A stretch of DNA of 64,000 bases from Eledone cirrhosa (lineage: Eukaryota), in the NCBI GenBank assembly GCA_964016885.1, contig OZ024761.1:23684001-23748000 (forward strand), written 5' to 3'. The notes under the pieces are model-generated. The model saw only the letters and a list, made by a program, of their open reading frames with translations, made no database searches and was not told the DNA's origin. Position numbers and translations under genes: made by a program. This document shows, in pieces, positions 36,401 through 49,889 of this stretch. Numbering within the stretch: position 1 is the first letter of the stretch; every line of letters starts with the position of its first letter.

Positions 36401-38934
36401 GGATGGAGTGTGGAGGCTTGTTCTTTTGGGTGATGTGTGGGAGCCCATATGTATGCTGCCCTTGTGTTTCTAGCCAAGGACAGCATGGAGGAAACATTGC
36501 CCCCAGGGTGTTGGCCAACAACACCCCGATAACAGTGAGTGTAGGGAGGAGATCTGGGGCCCCAAGAACACCCGAAGTATCCACAGCTACAGGGTTGACA
36601 AAAAGTCAATTTACTTCATGGGTCTCGCTCTTGCGAGTGACCAACTGCACACTGATAGCAGTAAATGTATGGAGGTAGTCGATGGCCCCAAGAACACAAT
36701 AATAGATTCGACCGTAAACCAATCGGAGGGCAACAGTTTGCCCTCTTCGGCCTGATGAGTAGCGAAGCCTGGGTTAATCGCTTGATACAAAAAAATTACT
36801 TAAATGTTTGAGACTAACTTAACAAATATACCATGGGTATCCACAGTGTTTTTATATCGACGTTTTGAACAGCTGGGGTCGAAGATAGGGGATCAAGTGA
36901 AGTCAAGGATTTTAAGAAGGGTGTCGGTTGTTTAAAAAGTTTGGGAGGCATTTGAATTAGAGTAGCGGAAAATACATTGTTTATATCTGAGCCTAAATAT
37001 ATTAATACAATATATTTTATAATCTACATTTACAACCTATTTTAACTATAGACATTTAAAAAAAATATCTATATAAACAATCAATTTTCTTTGAAACTGC
37101 CAATTAAAACAATGTCAACCCTTTTTCTTTTTCTCTCCCACGACCCTTTCAGTATCAACTCACTAAAGGTATTTTAAAAGTTAAATTAAACGTGTATTGT
37201 TGTTTATTCTTTATAGTTTTACAGCTTCCATTTAGCCTTTAGAAGAGATGACTTAGTTTTGAAAAACACAGGGGCCCGAGTCTCCTGTCTGGATATAATA
37301 ACTCAAACCAATTTCAGACGTTCTAAAAATGTCCATGTACAATGAGCGTCCAACCCTTTTCTTGGAATGGGGGTGGCTAAGTTAACATTTTAAACACTTT
37401 TATTAAAACCTCAAGGAAGAAATGTTTGTGACTGGGGATCGCTATCATTAAAACCCCTGAAAACCCTATAAAATGCAGCCCCTTAGAAGGCCGGCGAAAT
37501 CGACATATGCAGTACGAGCCATGGCAATAACTCATGACCTTCATGACTTTTTCAGATATGTGAGGTAGTTGTGATTGATGAACAGCTTTTGATTAAGTGC
37601 CAGCCATTCTTCGATCGATATGTTTATCGTCCAACTATTAACAATGGCTTGTAGAAAACTGCACTAATAGTAAATCATTAAAATATATGACTAAAAATAT
37701 CGTCGCTGTTTTTAATAGCGGTGTAACAATTTCAGATTCCCGTTAATTTGAAATCATGTTCAGATTGCTGGCAAATAATTTCATAGGGGAAACTTTGAAT
37801 CATTTACACCGGAACTGATATACGCTCGGGTTTTGAATAAACTTCCACACTCCACAGCATTAATTTTTCAGAATCTTTCTGCTCTTATTCCACTCCCCGC
37901 ATATTAAATTTTGCTAATCTATCCCCAACGAAATTTTATTTTAAGAGGTAGCGTTTCTGCGATAATTAATTTTCTGTATACATTAAAAATCATTATACAT
38001 GACAAAAAAAAAAACGTACACATTACTAGAAATCCTATACGTTATAAAATAAATACTATGAGTTGGGCGTCTCAATATGTAAACTAAATGACTAATTCTG
38101 ACTTTTATATATTAAAAATGACCAAATCCTATACGTTATAAAATAAATAGGATGGGTATGGGGGTCTCAATATGTAAACTAAACGACTAATTCTGGGTAT
38201 TTTTTAAAAATAAACAGACACCCTTCCTAGCACCAATCACATATTTATGAATTTCTTTAATCCTTTTGATACCAATTCGGCCAAAACAGGCCTATGCTTT
38301 ATGAAACAAAAACACTAATTTTAAGGGGTTCCTAATTACCGTCGCAGACGCTGCTTTTTTCCTAAAATAAGTCTAAAAAATCTACCATGCGTCCTGGAGG
38401 TGAAGGTTGTTTATTATTATTTTTTTTTCAATTTTTTGTTGTCAAAATTAGGGTGCGTCCTTGAGGACGAAGCGTCTTCGGCGCCGAGGAATTCGGTAAA
38501 TTAAAATCTTCCAACATAATTAAATAAAAGAATTATCATTTGAAATAATTAATACTTTTAGTAAATCCCTCTATTAATGTGAATTTCAATTAATTAATGT
38601 GGTAACGAAACAACTAATAATAGTTTCTTATATAGGCACAACGCCAGCAATTTGGGAGAGGAGTAAATCGATTAAATCGACCCCAGTGTGTGACTGGTAC
38701 TTTATTTTATGGAAGATGGATGATAAACAATGATGATTATGATATATATATATCATCATCATTATTTCACGTCCTCTTTTGCCTGCTTCCAAGAGTGGGA
38801 CAGGTTTCAACATCTCTACATTCGTCACGGTGCTTCGTCATCTCCTCTGTGAACTTCAGCGATCGGAGGTCAGCTATCATGGTCTTCCTTCCACTTCTGT
38901 ATATATATATATAATATATATATATGTTTATATA

Positions 38935-41120
38935 TCATCATCATCACTGCTTTACGTCCGTTCATCCACGCTAGCATGGGTTAGACAGGTTGTCCTGTTG
39001 TGGGCAATGTCCGGTCGGCTGACCATGCCTTGCTCATACGGGAACTGATTCTGGCTTGATTTCTACAGCTGGATGCTCTTCCTAACACCAACCTCATTTA
39101 CAATGAGTGCTGGGTGCTTTTTTACGTGGCGCCTACACGTCCACTTTACAGTGTGGTGCTGGGTGATTTTTGCCGTGGCACCTCCACAACCACTTTGCAG
39201 TGGGAAGGTGTGGGGGCATATTGTCTATAGGCTTGAGCTTCGGCTTGTACCCGTGGGGGCTCAGATCTTCAGTATTACTGCGTGACACCAGAGGTCACGG
39301 TCGTGTGTAATTGGGTAAGGTCAGCTTTTATCAACTCATCCCAGGTCTTCTTGGGTCTCCCCACTCCGCGGTTTCCATCGACTTCTAGTGCTCTGCACCT
39401 TTTTATGCAGCTGTCATCCTTCATATGCATCACATGTCCATACCAACGCAACCGCCTCTCCTGCACACAGCATTTGATTCCTCTTATGCTCAGTCTCCCT
39501 CTCAATTCATTTATGCTTTGCCGTTCATGTATATTACTATTACACATCCATCGGAGCATGCAGGCTTCGTTTCTTTCTAATCTACGCAAGTCTTCCGCAG
39601 ACAGCGCCCAGGTCTCACTACCATGTAACATTGCTGTTCGTATACATGCCTTTCATTTTGAGGGAAAAGCCTTTTGCAGCTAGCAGTGGCAGTAGCTCCC
39701 TGAACTAGTTAAGCCTCCTGAGATCCCGCTACATCTCTTGTGTACCCATTGTTTGCATTTGGGGCAGAGAATGGAGTTTCTACGTACACCTTTCCTACAT
39801 ACTGAGCAAGGCCATTTCCCTGAGGGGATCTGGGTTCTGTTTTCTCATCTACTTACAAGACCTTAGTCTTTGTCAGGTTGACTTTGAGACCCTTTTTTCT
39901 AGTCCCTGCTTGCAAGTTTGGAATTTCTTCTCTAGTTCTACCATAGATTCAGCTATAAGTGTGAAGTCATCTGCATACAGGAGTTCCCATGGGCATCTGG
40001 TCTTAAACTCCTCCGTTATTGGTTGCAGAACTATGATGAACAGGAGAGGGCTAAGAACAGAACCCAGGTGGACACGGACCTGTACGCTAAATTCCTCGCT
40101 AATCCTAACTTTGGTGACTGCTCCCCTATACATGGCTTGTACAGCTTTCACAAGCCATTCATCTACTCCTAGTTTTCTAAGAGCCCACCAGATTATAGCA
40201 CGGGGAACTCTGTCAAAGGCTTTCTCGAGATCGACGAATGCCAGGTAGAGCGGCTTACTTTTAGCTAGGTACTTTACCTGTAACTGCTTCACAAGGAAGA
40301 GGGCATCAGTGGTGCCTCTTCCTGGCACAAACCCAAATTGCATCTCATCTAGTTTCACCCGGTCCCTAATCAACTGTGCTATAACTCTTTCTGTTACTTT
40401 CATGACCTGATCCATCAGCTTTATACCTCTATAGTTTCCTCTATCTAGTGCATCACCTTTACCTTTGTAGCAGTTGACAATGATGCTACTGCTCCAATCC
40501 TTTGGTATGACACCTATTATTACCTGGTTAACAATACGTGTGGTTATGGTGTGACCTACCGACCCAGATGCCTTCAGCATCTCGGCAGTTATACTCGATG
40601 GACCGGTTGCCTTCCCTGTCTTCATATCTTTGATTGCCTTACTTACTACGCTGCTGCTGACTCCTCTATAGGGTCTACTTGGGGTAGGGTCTCTTCTTCC
40701 CATGCATTCTCCTCATTTAGTAATCTATCATAATGGCTCTTCCATGCATCTTTCTCCTCAGCACTTGTGAGAGCAAGCTCACCTTTATCATTCCGGATAC
40801 ACTTCTCTCCAATGACATCACAACTATCTCTGACACACTGCCTCGCAATCTTGAACACCTCCTGTTTCTGGTCCTCATGCTTGAATTTTCTATCCTCTGC
40901 TTCCCTCCTAGCTAAGTATACTTGTCGCCTAGCTTCCCTCCTGGTCTCTATGTAATGTACCCTGCTTCCCCCGTTCTTCCATTCTTTCCATGCCTGTCTC
41001 TTGGCCTTAACTGCCTCATCTACCTTACTGTTCCACCACCAAGTCACTCTCCTCCTTCCTATGGTCTTACTCCAGCCACATATCTCATCCGTCGCTTTAG
41101 TAAGTTATTTTCTAGGAACT
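38935..41120 (-). mobile_element. 5'-truncated RTE-clade LINE (RT domain, frameshifted) with 3' UTR and (GAT)n tail
   Basis: WWWN...NYRGIKL...QFGFVPGRGTTDA...FVDLEKAFDRVPR...GSVLSPLLF...LLYADD...LHGSETW...RLRWYGHV. Confidence 0.95.
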
Positions 41121-41352
41121 CCTAGTGCTCTTCTACATGTTTATATATATATATTATTATATATAACCAGGTGGACCAAAGTTCAGAACTAGATGTCGAA
41201 ACAGCCAGAGCTCAGCTGTTGGAGTCCTGACTCTTTTCCTATATATATGTATATGTTTATATATATTGTATGTCTGTATGAAAAATAAACAATAAGACAT
41301 CAGAATAATCATTAATTAAAGTAATGAACCCTTTATCATTATATTGAAACAG

Positions 41353-41522
41353 GAACCTCCAGTTGATGCCGAGCTCGTGGAGAAATTAGAGAGGCTCTCT
41401 CTAGTTGCATTTGATTCTGAAGTTGGTGTCCAACGTCTTCAACAAACTATTAAACTTGCTAACAAAGTCCTATCAGTTGACACAACTGGTGTGCAGCCTA
41501 TGGTCTATGTACATGATGACAG
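41353..41522 (+). CDS. GATC: Glutamyl-tRNA(Gln) amidotransferase subunit C, mitochondrial, exon 2
   Basis: EPPVDAELVEKLERLSLVAF...VDTTGVQPM; AG/GT boundaries. Confidence 0.9.
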
Positions 41523-42361
41523 GTAACTCATCTTTCTTTCTTTTTTCCCCCTCAACTGTGTATACCCTGTTTAGATTAGAGTAGGTACACCTTATCCCTA
41601 TGGGTTGTAAGAGGTGTCAGGAAGAGAATCTGGCCATAAAATAATATATACATATATGTATGTATACATACATCATCATCGTTTAATGTCTATCTTCCAT
41701 GTTGGCATAAGTTAGACGGGAATTGTCCCACTTGAGGAAAGATTGATTGGGTGACTGTGTCTCACTCGTATAAGACTGTATCTGGCAGGTTTTCTACAGC
41801 CGGATGCCCTTCCTATTTCTAACACCAACCACATTTACAGTGTGGACTGGGAGCCTTTTCACCGTGTCTCCTACACGATCACTCTAGGGTGTGGACTGGA
41901 TGTTCTGTGGTACCAACATAACTTTACAGAGAAAGAGGTGGAGTAGGGCATGTATATTTGGCTAAGAGGGGCCTACTGACTGTAGGGAAGGCTACTGTGT
42001 AGCACTAAAGGTCTTGATCCAGTGACATTGTCTTTGAGAGGTTCGATTTTATCCTGTCGTCCCAGGTTTTTCTGCATCTACTTACTCCTATACATATATA
42101 TATACACACATACATATATGGTGAAAATATTGACCTCGAATATAAGCCGAGCCCCTTTCTACCATTGATGTTTTTTGTTTTTTTTACATCACATATTCCA
42201 GTATATGTAATAAATAGAATATTACCTAAAATATCTTGAAACCAAATCTGTGTCTTTGTTACTTTTGTTTTATCATTTTAAATGTAATTTTTTGTTTTCT
42301 TTTATTTTATATTTCTCCGCATCATCCTCGGCTGGTGGTTGTTGAATTGCTTCTCCTCCAG

Positions 42362-42465
42362 ACCACTTCACCTGCGACCCGATGATGTTAATGAAGGCAA
42401 TGATAAGGAGGCTGTACTCAGCAATGCTACAAAATCTTTTGAAGATTATTACATTGCCCCACCAG
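42362..42465 (+). CDS. GATC: GATC exon 3
   Basis: CTCCAG|; PLHLRPDDVNEGN...LSNA...EDYYIAPP(G); |GTGAGA. Confidence 0.9.
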
Positions 42466-43585
42466 GTGAGAGATTCACCTAACCCTTCTCTTATCAGATT
42501 TTTAACCCTTTTATTGCTGTATTTTCTAATGTAAACCACTCTATTTCAATTAATTATTGAAGAAGTTTGAGAGATTTATTAAAATTATTATTTAAACCGG
42601 CCATATCTGGTTCAAACTGGCTGCTCGTATTGATGTTTAGGTATTGTTGTCAAAATAAATATGAAACTCTTATAGATTCGATATTATGTGAGGTAAAGCT
42701 TTTAGCATGAAAATACAATAGTATATCTAGAGTAACGTAAACGCTAAAGGGTTAATGTTGGTATAAGCGGCTGGTTTCAACAGAAAAAAGTGAGAAAATT
42801 CTGGCCAGATAGAGCCAGTTTAAATGTTAATGGGTTAATGTGATTTCATTTGAGAGTGAGATGCATGTTGTGCTGTGTATGAAAGTGGGTTTCAAAACTT
42901 GCGTTTGATATGAAGAAGAGTTGTAAACTCAGCTTCGCAAAGGTAGATTGTTGCATATGGAACAAATAGACCAAGTACTTTCTTAGAACTGCTCAGGAAC
43001 ATTGCAGTTTGTGATGCCCAGAAATTCTCCAATGTCTTCACTTAGAAAAGCATTTTTGCAGCTTTATCATGTTGTATGCCAATGATCTCTTTCAAAGGAT
43101 CTTAATCAGGCATGTCCCTTATCCAATGGCTGTAGGCTTCCAAATTTCTCACAGAAATATTCATCAAAGAATTTTGAGAGAGTTACTAAAATTATTCTTT
43201 CATTATACTAAGGTAGCAACTTATCATATGATACTTATATAAAATTAGCCATGTCAAACGAGAATTCTCTCACTTGTTTCTATTCAAACCTGCCACTCAC
43301 CAACCATCTTGCTCTGGGTCTCCTGTCAGTTGGTTTTACCCATAAAATCTGTCCAGCAATTCTTTCCTGAGACATTTTAACCACATGCCCATAAATATTG
43401 GAGCTGTGATCTCTCAATTCTTAGAAGCTTTACATGGAGTGACTCTCTGATCTCTAAGCTATACACTCTATTGAGTAATGTTAGTTCAAAGACCCTTTGG
43501 AGGAACCCCATTTCAGCCATTTCTATTTATATACAGTCATTACCCCAAAAGTTATAAATAATGTTTGTTTTTTATTGTCTTGCAG

Positions 43586-43611
43586 GGAACATACCACTGA
43601 AGAGATCTTAA
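43586..43611 (+). CDS. GATC: GATC exon 4 (terminal)
   Basis: TTGCAG|GG AAC ATA CCA CTG AAG AGA TCT TAA, completing APPGNIPL. Confidence 0.88.
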
Positions 43612-44304
43612 AAGAGAGAGCATGGAATGGAGACATTATTGTATATATGTAAAGTAAAACAAACAAAATCTTTATTTGTTTAATTTGATATGTTCTTTCT
43701 TTGTAATGCTGGTATCGACTTGTTCAGTTTGATACTATTGCGAATTGGTTCTTTCTGTCCAGGATTAGCATTTAAACCAGCCATGTCAGGTCAGAATTCT
43801 CTCACCTCATTCTGTTCAAGCTGGCCGTTCATACTGTCATTGGTATAGTTACCAAAATAAATAACATCAAAATCTCATAGATTCGATACTGTGTGAGATA
43901 AAGCCTTTACCGCAAAAATACAATAGTATATATAGAGTAATGTAAATGCTAAAGGGTTAACTCTTTTAATATCAACCCATCTAAAACCAGCCATTTTAAA
44001 GAGTTCCCATTTAAACTAAAAGATGTGAAGATAATATCCTCAGAGACCCTATCACTGTTGAATATCTTTCAATGAGAATACTCATCTTGTTGGTCGCAAA
44101 GGGACTGACCATCTAGACAGACCCTATCACTATGAAATCTTTCAACAGTGAAAATCCGAAAGGTAGTACATGTTATGGATAAAAACAACAAAATAGTAAG
44201 TTCCAAATTAATCTTTATTTCTATATCATAATCGGTTATTTCAACATACATAGTTTATTTCTTCCATGAATATGATCTACAAATGGAACAAAAAATTCTG
44301 TAAA

Positions 44305-44895
44305 GTTAATTTGACTAAATTTTCAGCAAAAATTGGCTGTATTTTGAACAAAAATTGGCTAAATTTTCAATAAAAATTCAGTATATTTTCACCGAAAATT
44401 GACTAAATTTTCAACAAAAATTGGCTGAATTTTCAGCAAAAATTGGCTGTATTTCCACCAAAAAATTGACAAACTTTTCAACAAAAGTTGGCTGTATTTT
44501 GAAAAAAAATTGACTAAATTTTGAACAAAAATTGGCTGAATTTTCAACAAAAATTGGCTGTATTTTCAGCAAAAATTGGCTAAATTTTCACCAAAAATTG
44601 ACAAACTTTTCAACAAAAGTTGGCTGTATTTTGAAAGAAAATTGACTGAATCTTGAACAAAAATTGGCTGAATTTTCACCAAAAGTTGACAAACTTTTCA
44701 ACAAAAGTTGGCTGTATTTTGAACAAATATTGACTAAATTTTCAACAAAAGTTGGCTGTATTTTGAAAGAAAATTGACTAAATCTTGAACAAAAATTGGC
44801 TGAATTTTCACCAAAAGTTGACAAACTTTTCAACAAAAGTTGGCTGTATTTTTAACAAATATTGACTAAATTTTCAACAAAAGTTGGCTGAATTT
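44305..44895. repeat. ~22-bp AT-rich satellite (second copy at 57315-57780)
   Basis: AAAATTG(G/A)CT(G/A)(A/T)ATTTTCA(A/C/G)CA units. Confidence 0.9.
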
Positions 44896-45203
44896 AACCC
44901 AGCTACTCCGATTGTCTCGAATACCACATAAGTTATTTTTACCCTTATCTTTATATGTTACTTATTTAGGGTCTTTGATAACATTTATTTCATCTTTTCT
45001 TTATAGTGGGGAGGGGTTAGCTGGATGTAGTATCTTTCAGACAGAAATTCATTTCCCAGTGTCTGTCATGACATGTCAGCCTAAACCAAGCAAACCTTTC
45101 GTTCATAGATATTCTTCCAACCGTGACCATCTCGTGTTACTTAGTATTTCTGACATTGTGTATCTAGAAATATGTCTCTTACATTTTAAGAGAATATAGG
45201 GTA

Positions 45204-46663
45204 AAGTACCTAGCTAAAAGTAAGCCACTCTACTTGTAATTTGTCGACCTTGAGAAAGCCTTTGACAGAGTTCCACGTGCTGTAATCTGGTGGGCTCTTA
45301 GAAAACTAGGAGTAGATGAATGGCTTGTGAAAGCGGTACAAGCCATGTATAGAGGAGCAGTCAGCAAAGTTAGGATTAGCAATGAGTATAGCGTACAGGT
45401 TGGGGTCCACCAAGGCTCTGTTCTTAGCCCCCTCCTGTTCATCATAGTCCTGCAGGCAATAACGGAGGAGTTTAAGACCGGATGCCCATGGGAACTCCTG
45501 TATGCTGATGACCTCGCACTCATAGCTGAATCTATGGTAGAACTAGAGAATAAATTCCAAACTTGGAAGCAGGGACTAGAAAGAAAGGGTCTCAAAGTCA
45601 ACATGACAAAGACTAAGGTCCTTGTAAGTAGATGAGAAAACAGAACCCAGATCCCCTCAGGGAAATGGCCTTGCTCAGTATGTAGGAAAGGTGTAGGTAG
45701 GAACTCCATTCTCTGCCCCAAATGCAAACAATGGGTACACAAGAGATGTAGCGGGATCTCAGGAAGCTTAATTAAGAATGTAGGCTTCACATGCAGCAGC
45801 TGTGCTGAGACAGCAAGCAGCAAACAGCCACAGGAAACAAGTACCACCAATCTCTGGGAGGGCTCTGTAGAAACAGTAGACAGCTTCTGCTACCTAGGTG
45901 ACTGAATTAGCAGCGGAGGTGGGTGTTCAGAAAGTACAATAACTAGGGTAAGAATGGGATGGAAGAAGTTTAGGGAACTACTACCACTGCTAGCTGCAAA
46001 AGGCTTCTCCCTCAGAATGAAAGGCAGACTGTATGATGCGTGTATCCGAACAACAATGTTGCATGGTAGTGAGACCTGGGCGCTGAAGGTGGAAGACTTA
46101 CGTAGATTAGAGAGAAACGAAGCCTGCATGCTCCGATGGATGTGTAACAGTAATATAAACGAACGACAAAGCATAAATGAATTGAGAGAGAGACTGAGCA
46201 TAAGAGGAATCAAATGCTGTGTGCAGGAGAGGCGGTTGTGCTGGTATGGACATGTGATGCGTATGAAGGATAACAGCTGCAGAGCACTAGAAGTCGATGG
46301 AAAATGCGGAGTGGGGAGACCCAAGATGACGTGATAAAAGCCGACCTTACCCAAGACTGTGACTTCTGGCGTCACGCAGTAATACAGAGTACCCGACCTC
46401 CCATGGGTACAAGCTGAAGCATATAGACAATATGCCCCCACCGCAAGGTGGTCGTGGAGGTGCCACGGCAAAAAAGCACCCAGCCCACACTGTAAAGTGG
46501 ACGTGTAGGCGCCACGAAAAAGCACCTAGCACTCACTGTAAATGAGGTTGGTGTTAGGAAGGGCATCCAGCTGTAGAAATGAAGCCAAATCAGTTCCTGT
46601 ATGAGCAAGGCATGGTCAACCCGTGCTAGCGTGGAAGAACGGACGTAAAACGGTGATGATGAT
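45204..46663 (+). mobile_element. 5'-truncated RTE LINE, present only in duplicate copy A
   Basis: HQGSVLSPLLF...LLYADDLAL...GWKKFRELLP...; (GAT)n tail; empty site at 58277/58278. Confidence 0.93.
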
Positions 46664-48697
46664 GAGTGTAATTTGAGGAAGATATAGCAGCTATGTTTAG
46701 CTACCTCACTGGTACCACACATAGATCTTATTGCCTCGCTGTATATTGCCCCATCTTCAATCTTGTCATATCTGTATTTAACAGGCACTAACAAACAAAT
46801 GTAAATAAGATTAGGTCAACACATGACCTAGCCATCTCATTCCATTTCTGTACACAATATTCATCACGGGCTCCCTACTCCTTTTACCCAGTCACTTTCA
46901 TCCTTCCTCATCACATGACCTAGCCATTTCATGCTAGTGCAGTATGGGCCCAGCCCATGTCTAACTTAATAGCACCACCTGTATATATACATACACACAC
47001 ACAGACATATATATATTTACACATATGATAGCTGCAAACTCTGCTAAGAGCATTGCTATCGCTTCTCAGATTACAGAAAATGGTGCACTTTTAGGCTACG
47101 GCCAGTCACACGAGCTTGTCACAGATCCTGAACAAGTAATTCCTGTGCTTTGAAGGTTTTTTTTCAAGTGGGGAAAAGCCTTGCACTCGATCAATCCCAC
47201 TCTCTGATCATCGAAAACACTACCCGAGGTGTTGTGACAACAACGGGGGGGGGGGGGGGGCTATCACTCCCAGGTAAAAAAAGAAGTACTATTTGGGTGG
47301 TCGTTGACTCTGCCCTTTGTCGGGTCTTGTATTTATCCCGCAGGGTGTCCAAATATCACCCTCCTCACTAAGCAAGCTTGGTTGGGCTGCCGGTTTAATT
47401 GTCGACGCCCCGACCATATATACACCTAAATAGATTTGTATCTTGAAATAAGTATATATGTAGAAAAAACTAGTAGTTCTTCAATGGCTATATATCCTAT
47501 TATATTTATATATAGAAACGGAAAGACAGCGACATAACACTCGGAATATATCGTGTTACCTCGCTGTGTTTCCGTTTTTTTTTTTAGAAAAAGAAAGAAA
47601 ACTTTAGCCATAAGTATGCCTATTTGACTTAGTAGAATTGCGGCTTGTGCGTGGCGCTGCACGTAGCGTTTCTGGCTTCGCTGTCGTACTTCGGTATGGC
47701 ATGACCACTCTATCGCGTCTGAAGTTCGAATCGTTGCGGGGTCGGCCGGGACTATTAGCAGGCTGGCTTTATGCTGGCCTGCGTCCCCCTCGCATGAGTT
47801 TTTACTAAAAAAATCCAATTAGAGTTATCTGCCCTTTGATTGAATTATCTCCCCCTTGTGGAACTCTTCTTTCTTCGTTGTCATTTCTCGTTAGTGTGTT
47901 GAAGCGTTAACATCATTCGAGTTACACTGGGACTACTGCCAACATCACTTTGGATTTTACCTCCGTCTAAACAAGTAAGTAATATTTTATTTTCCACAAA
48001 CTAATTCTAACACACATATTGAGATACAAAAATACGTTTTTCTATATACAAGAAGACACATTTTCTTTTTGGAACACACACAAAGCTACATTGTAAATAT
48101 ATAAACTCTTTGAATATGGCCGTAAATTCAATTTAAACATTCGCCGATAAATGTACACATGAAACTACATTTTTCCTTATATACTGGCAGAATAAAGTTA
48201 CATAAACCCATGAGACGATATACATATTACCAGAGCTACATTTTATTATCTAACGAACACCTCTCAACACTGTATACATTTATATATATAAATGTTGTAT
48301 AAACCTTCTCTCTTCCATTGAGAAAATAAACCATACGGCTATATTTTACATCTAACGAAACATGGTAGCTTCATACCGTGTATGTAGCTCTCTAAACACC
48401 TCCTTACCACATTATGTATGTATAAACCTTCTCTCTCAGACTATATACATACTACCAGAGCTACATTTATACTTCTCTTGAGAAAATAAACCATAAGGCT
48501 ATATTTTATTATCTAACGAAACATGGTAGCTTCACATCTCTAAACTCCTTACTACATATAAACACTCTTCACTAGATACGAAACTAAACTCCGTACTACA
48601 TTTAGCACCCTCACCTACTTGATCGCTATACTATCTATGTGTAAACACTCTTCACTAGATACGAAACTAAACCTATTTTATATTACTAACAATCAAC

Positions 48698-48886
48698 TAC
48701 AGGCTGGTCCGAAAGTCTTGTCACTGCCTACCAAAAAGTAATGAGAAACAGTTTACGTTGCCATCGCAGTGAAGTCATGTGAGAGATCCTCTTACCAGAA
48801 TACACACGATCATGTGTCCATACACCCCCCCCAGAAGATTATATTATTAAAACAATATGTGACAAGACTTATCGGACCACCCTGTA
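48698..48886. mobile_element. ~190-bp Tc1/mariner-type MITE nested in the foldback arm (also 52258-52444 and 60356-60540)
   Basis: TA-CAGGCTGGTCCGAAAGTCTTGTCAC ... GTGACAAGACTTATCGGACCACCCTG-TA. Confidence 0.75.
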
Positions 48887-49889
48887 CATCTCTTTTTGAA
48901 GAGGAAACCTAAATAAACGAATAAACCAAACTTTTTCTTTGTTGTTTATTATTGTGTTCTGTATATATATGTAAACATACATCTACAAAATGATATACCT
49001 GATCCTCTTAGAAACTACTATATTATATACATAAAGCTCCTCTATACAGTGTTATTGTTTAGCTACATGCCCATTAGAATAGAGCATCTAAACCCACATT
49101 ATTTGTGTCCGAGGTTAACTTTGCCTTTCATCCTTACGGGGTCGATAAAATAAAGTACCAGTAATGTACTGGGTAATTTCTGGCCTTGCGCCAATAGTAG
49201 AAACAATTATTTGTGTCTGTTTATATTATGCTATACTTCCACTTGTATCAGATTCCCATAACACAACTATATCATATAGATGTTATTTCTACTTATTCTT
49301 GATCAAAATAAACAACACTAGTTTCATTCGTAGACATATATACACACACTTGTCTATAGGAAGTTGTATTCTATATTTACAATGTCCGACAGAAAATAAA
49401 CCCACATCATGTGTGTACAAGTTAAGAAACTGTATTCTAATTTATGTTCTTCTGAAAACATAATTTTAGTAATACAACTATATCAGATAGAAGCTATTTC
49501 TTTCTTATGAAACTCTATATACACACTCTTGGTGCCTTACAGGCTCCTGATTTCTTTAATAAAGAAAACACAAGCTTTATTAATAGACATATACCTAGCT
49601 TACTAGTATAAATAACTGTTATTGTCTAGTTAGAATGTAAATAGAGATTGGGCTTAGTTCTGAGTTTCTTTCTTTAGAAACCTCGTGTATACTTGCATTG
49701 TATAGAACATCTATACACTGGAAGTAATCAGACAAATTGTATATAACAAGTAAACATTTTGTTACTATATACACACACATTATTAGTGCTTATCTATACC
49801 TGTAAGTAAACTCTGTATTATATAGAACACATGTGTCTCTCTATATAGACATATTGTTAGTTTCTTTCTTTAGAAACTTCATATATTTC

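Noticed and set aside
36752-36800. CTGATGA-GTA...TAC-AAAA as a possible hammerhead
   Set aside because: GAAA is replaced by AAAA and there is no stem I partner; at best a decayed remnant
37218-37245. Possible extra GATC exon after TTTTACAG
   Set aside because: In-frame stop after five codons; exons 1 and 2 already join in phase to give a normal-length GATC
47426-47818. 130-aa ORF in the foldback arm (and ORFs at 53128-53331 and 58979-59260)
   Set aside because: Non-ATG starts, frame not conserved among the three arm copies, and no recognisable domain
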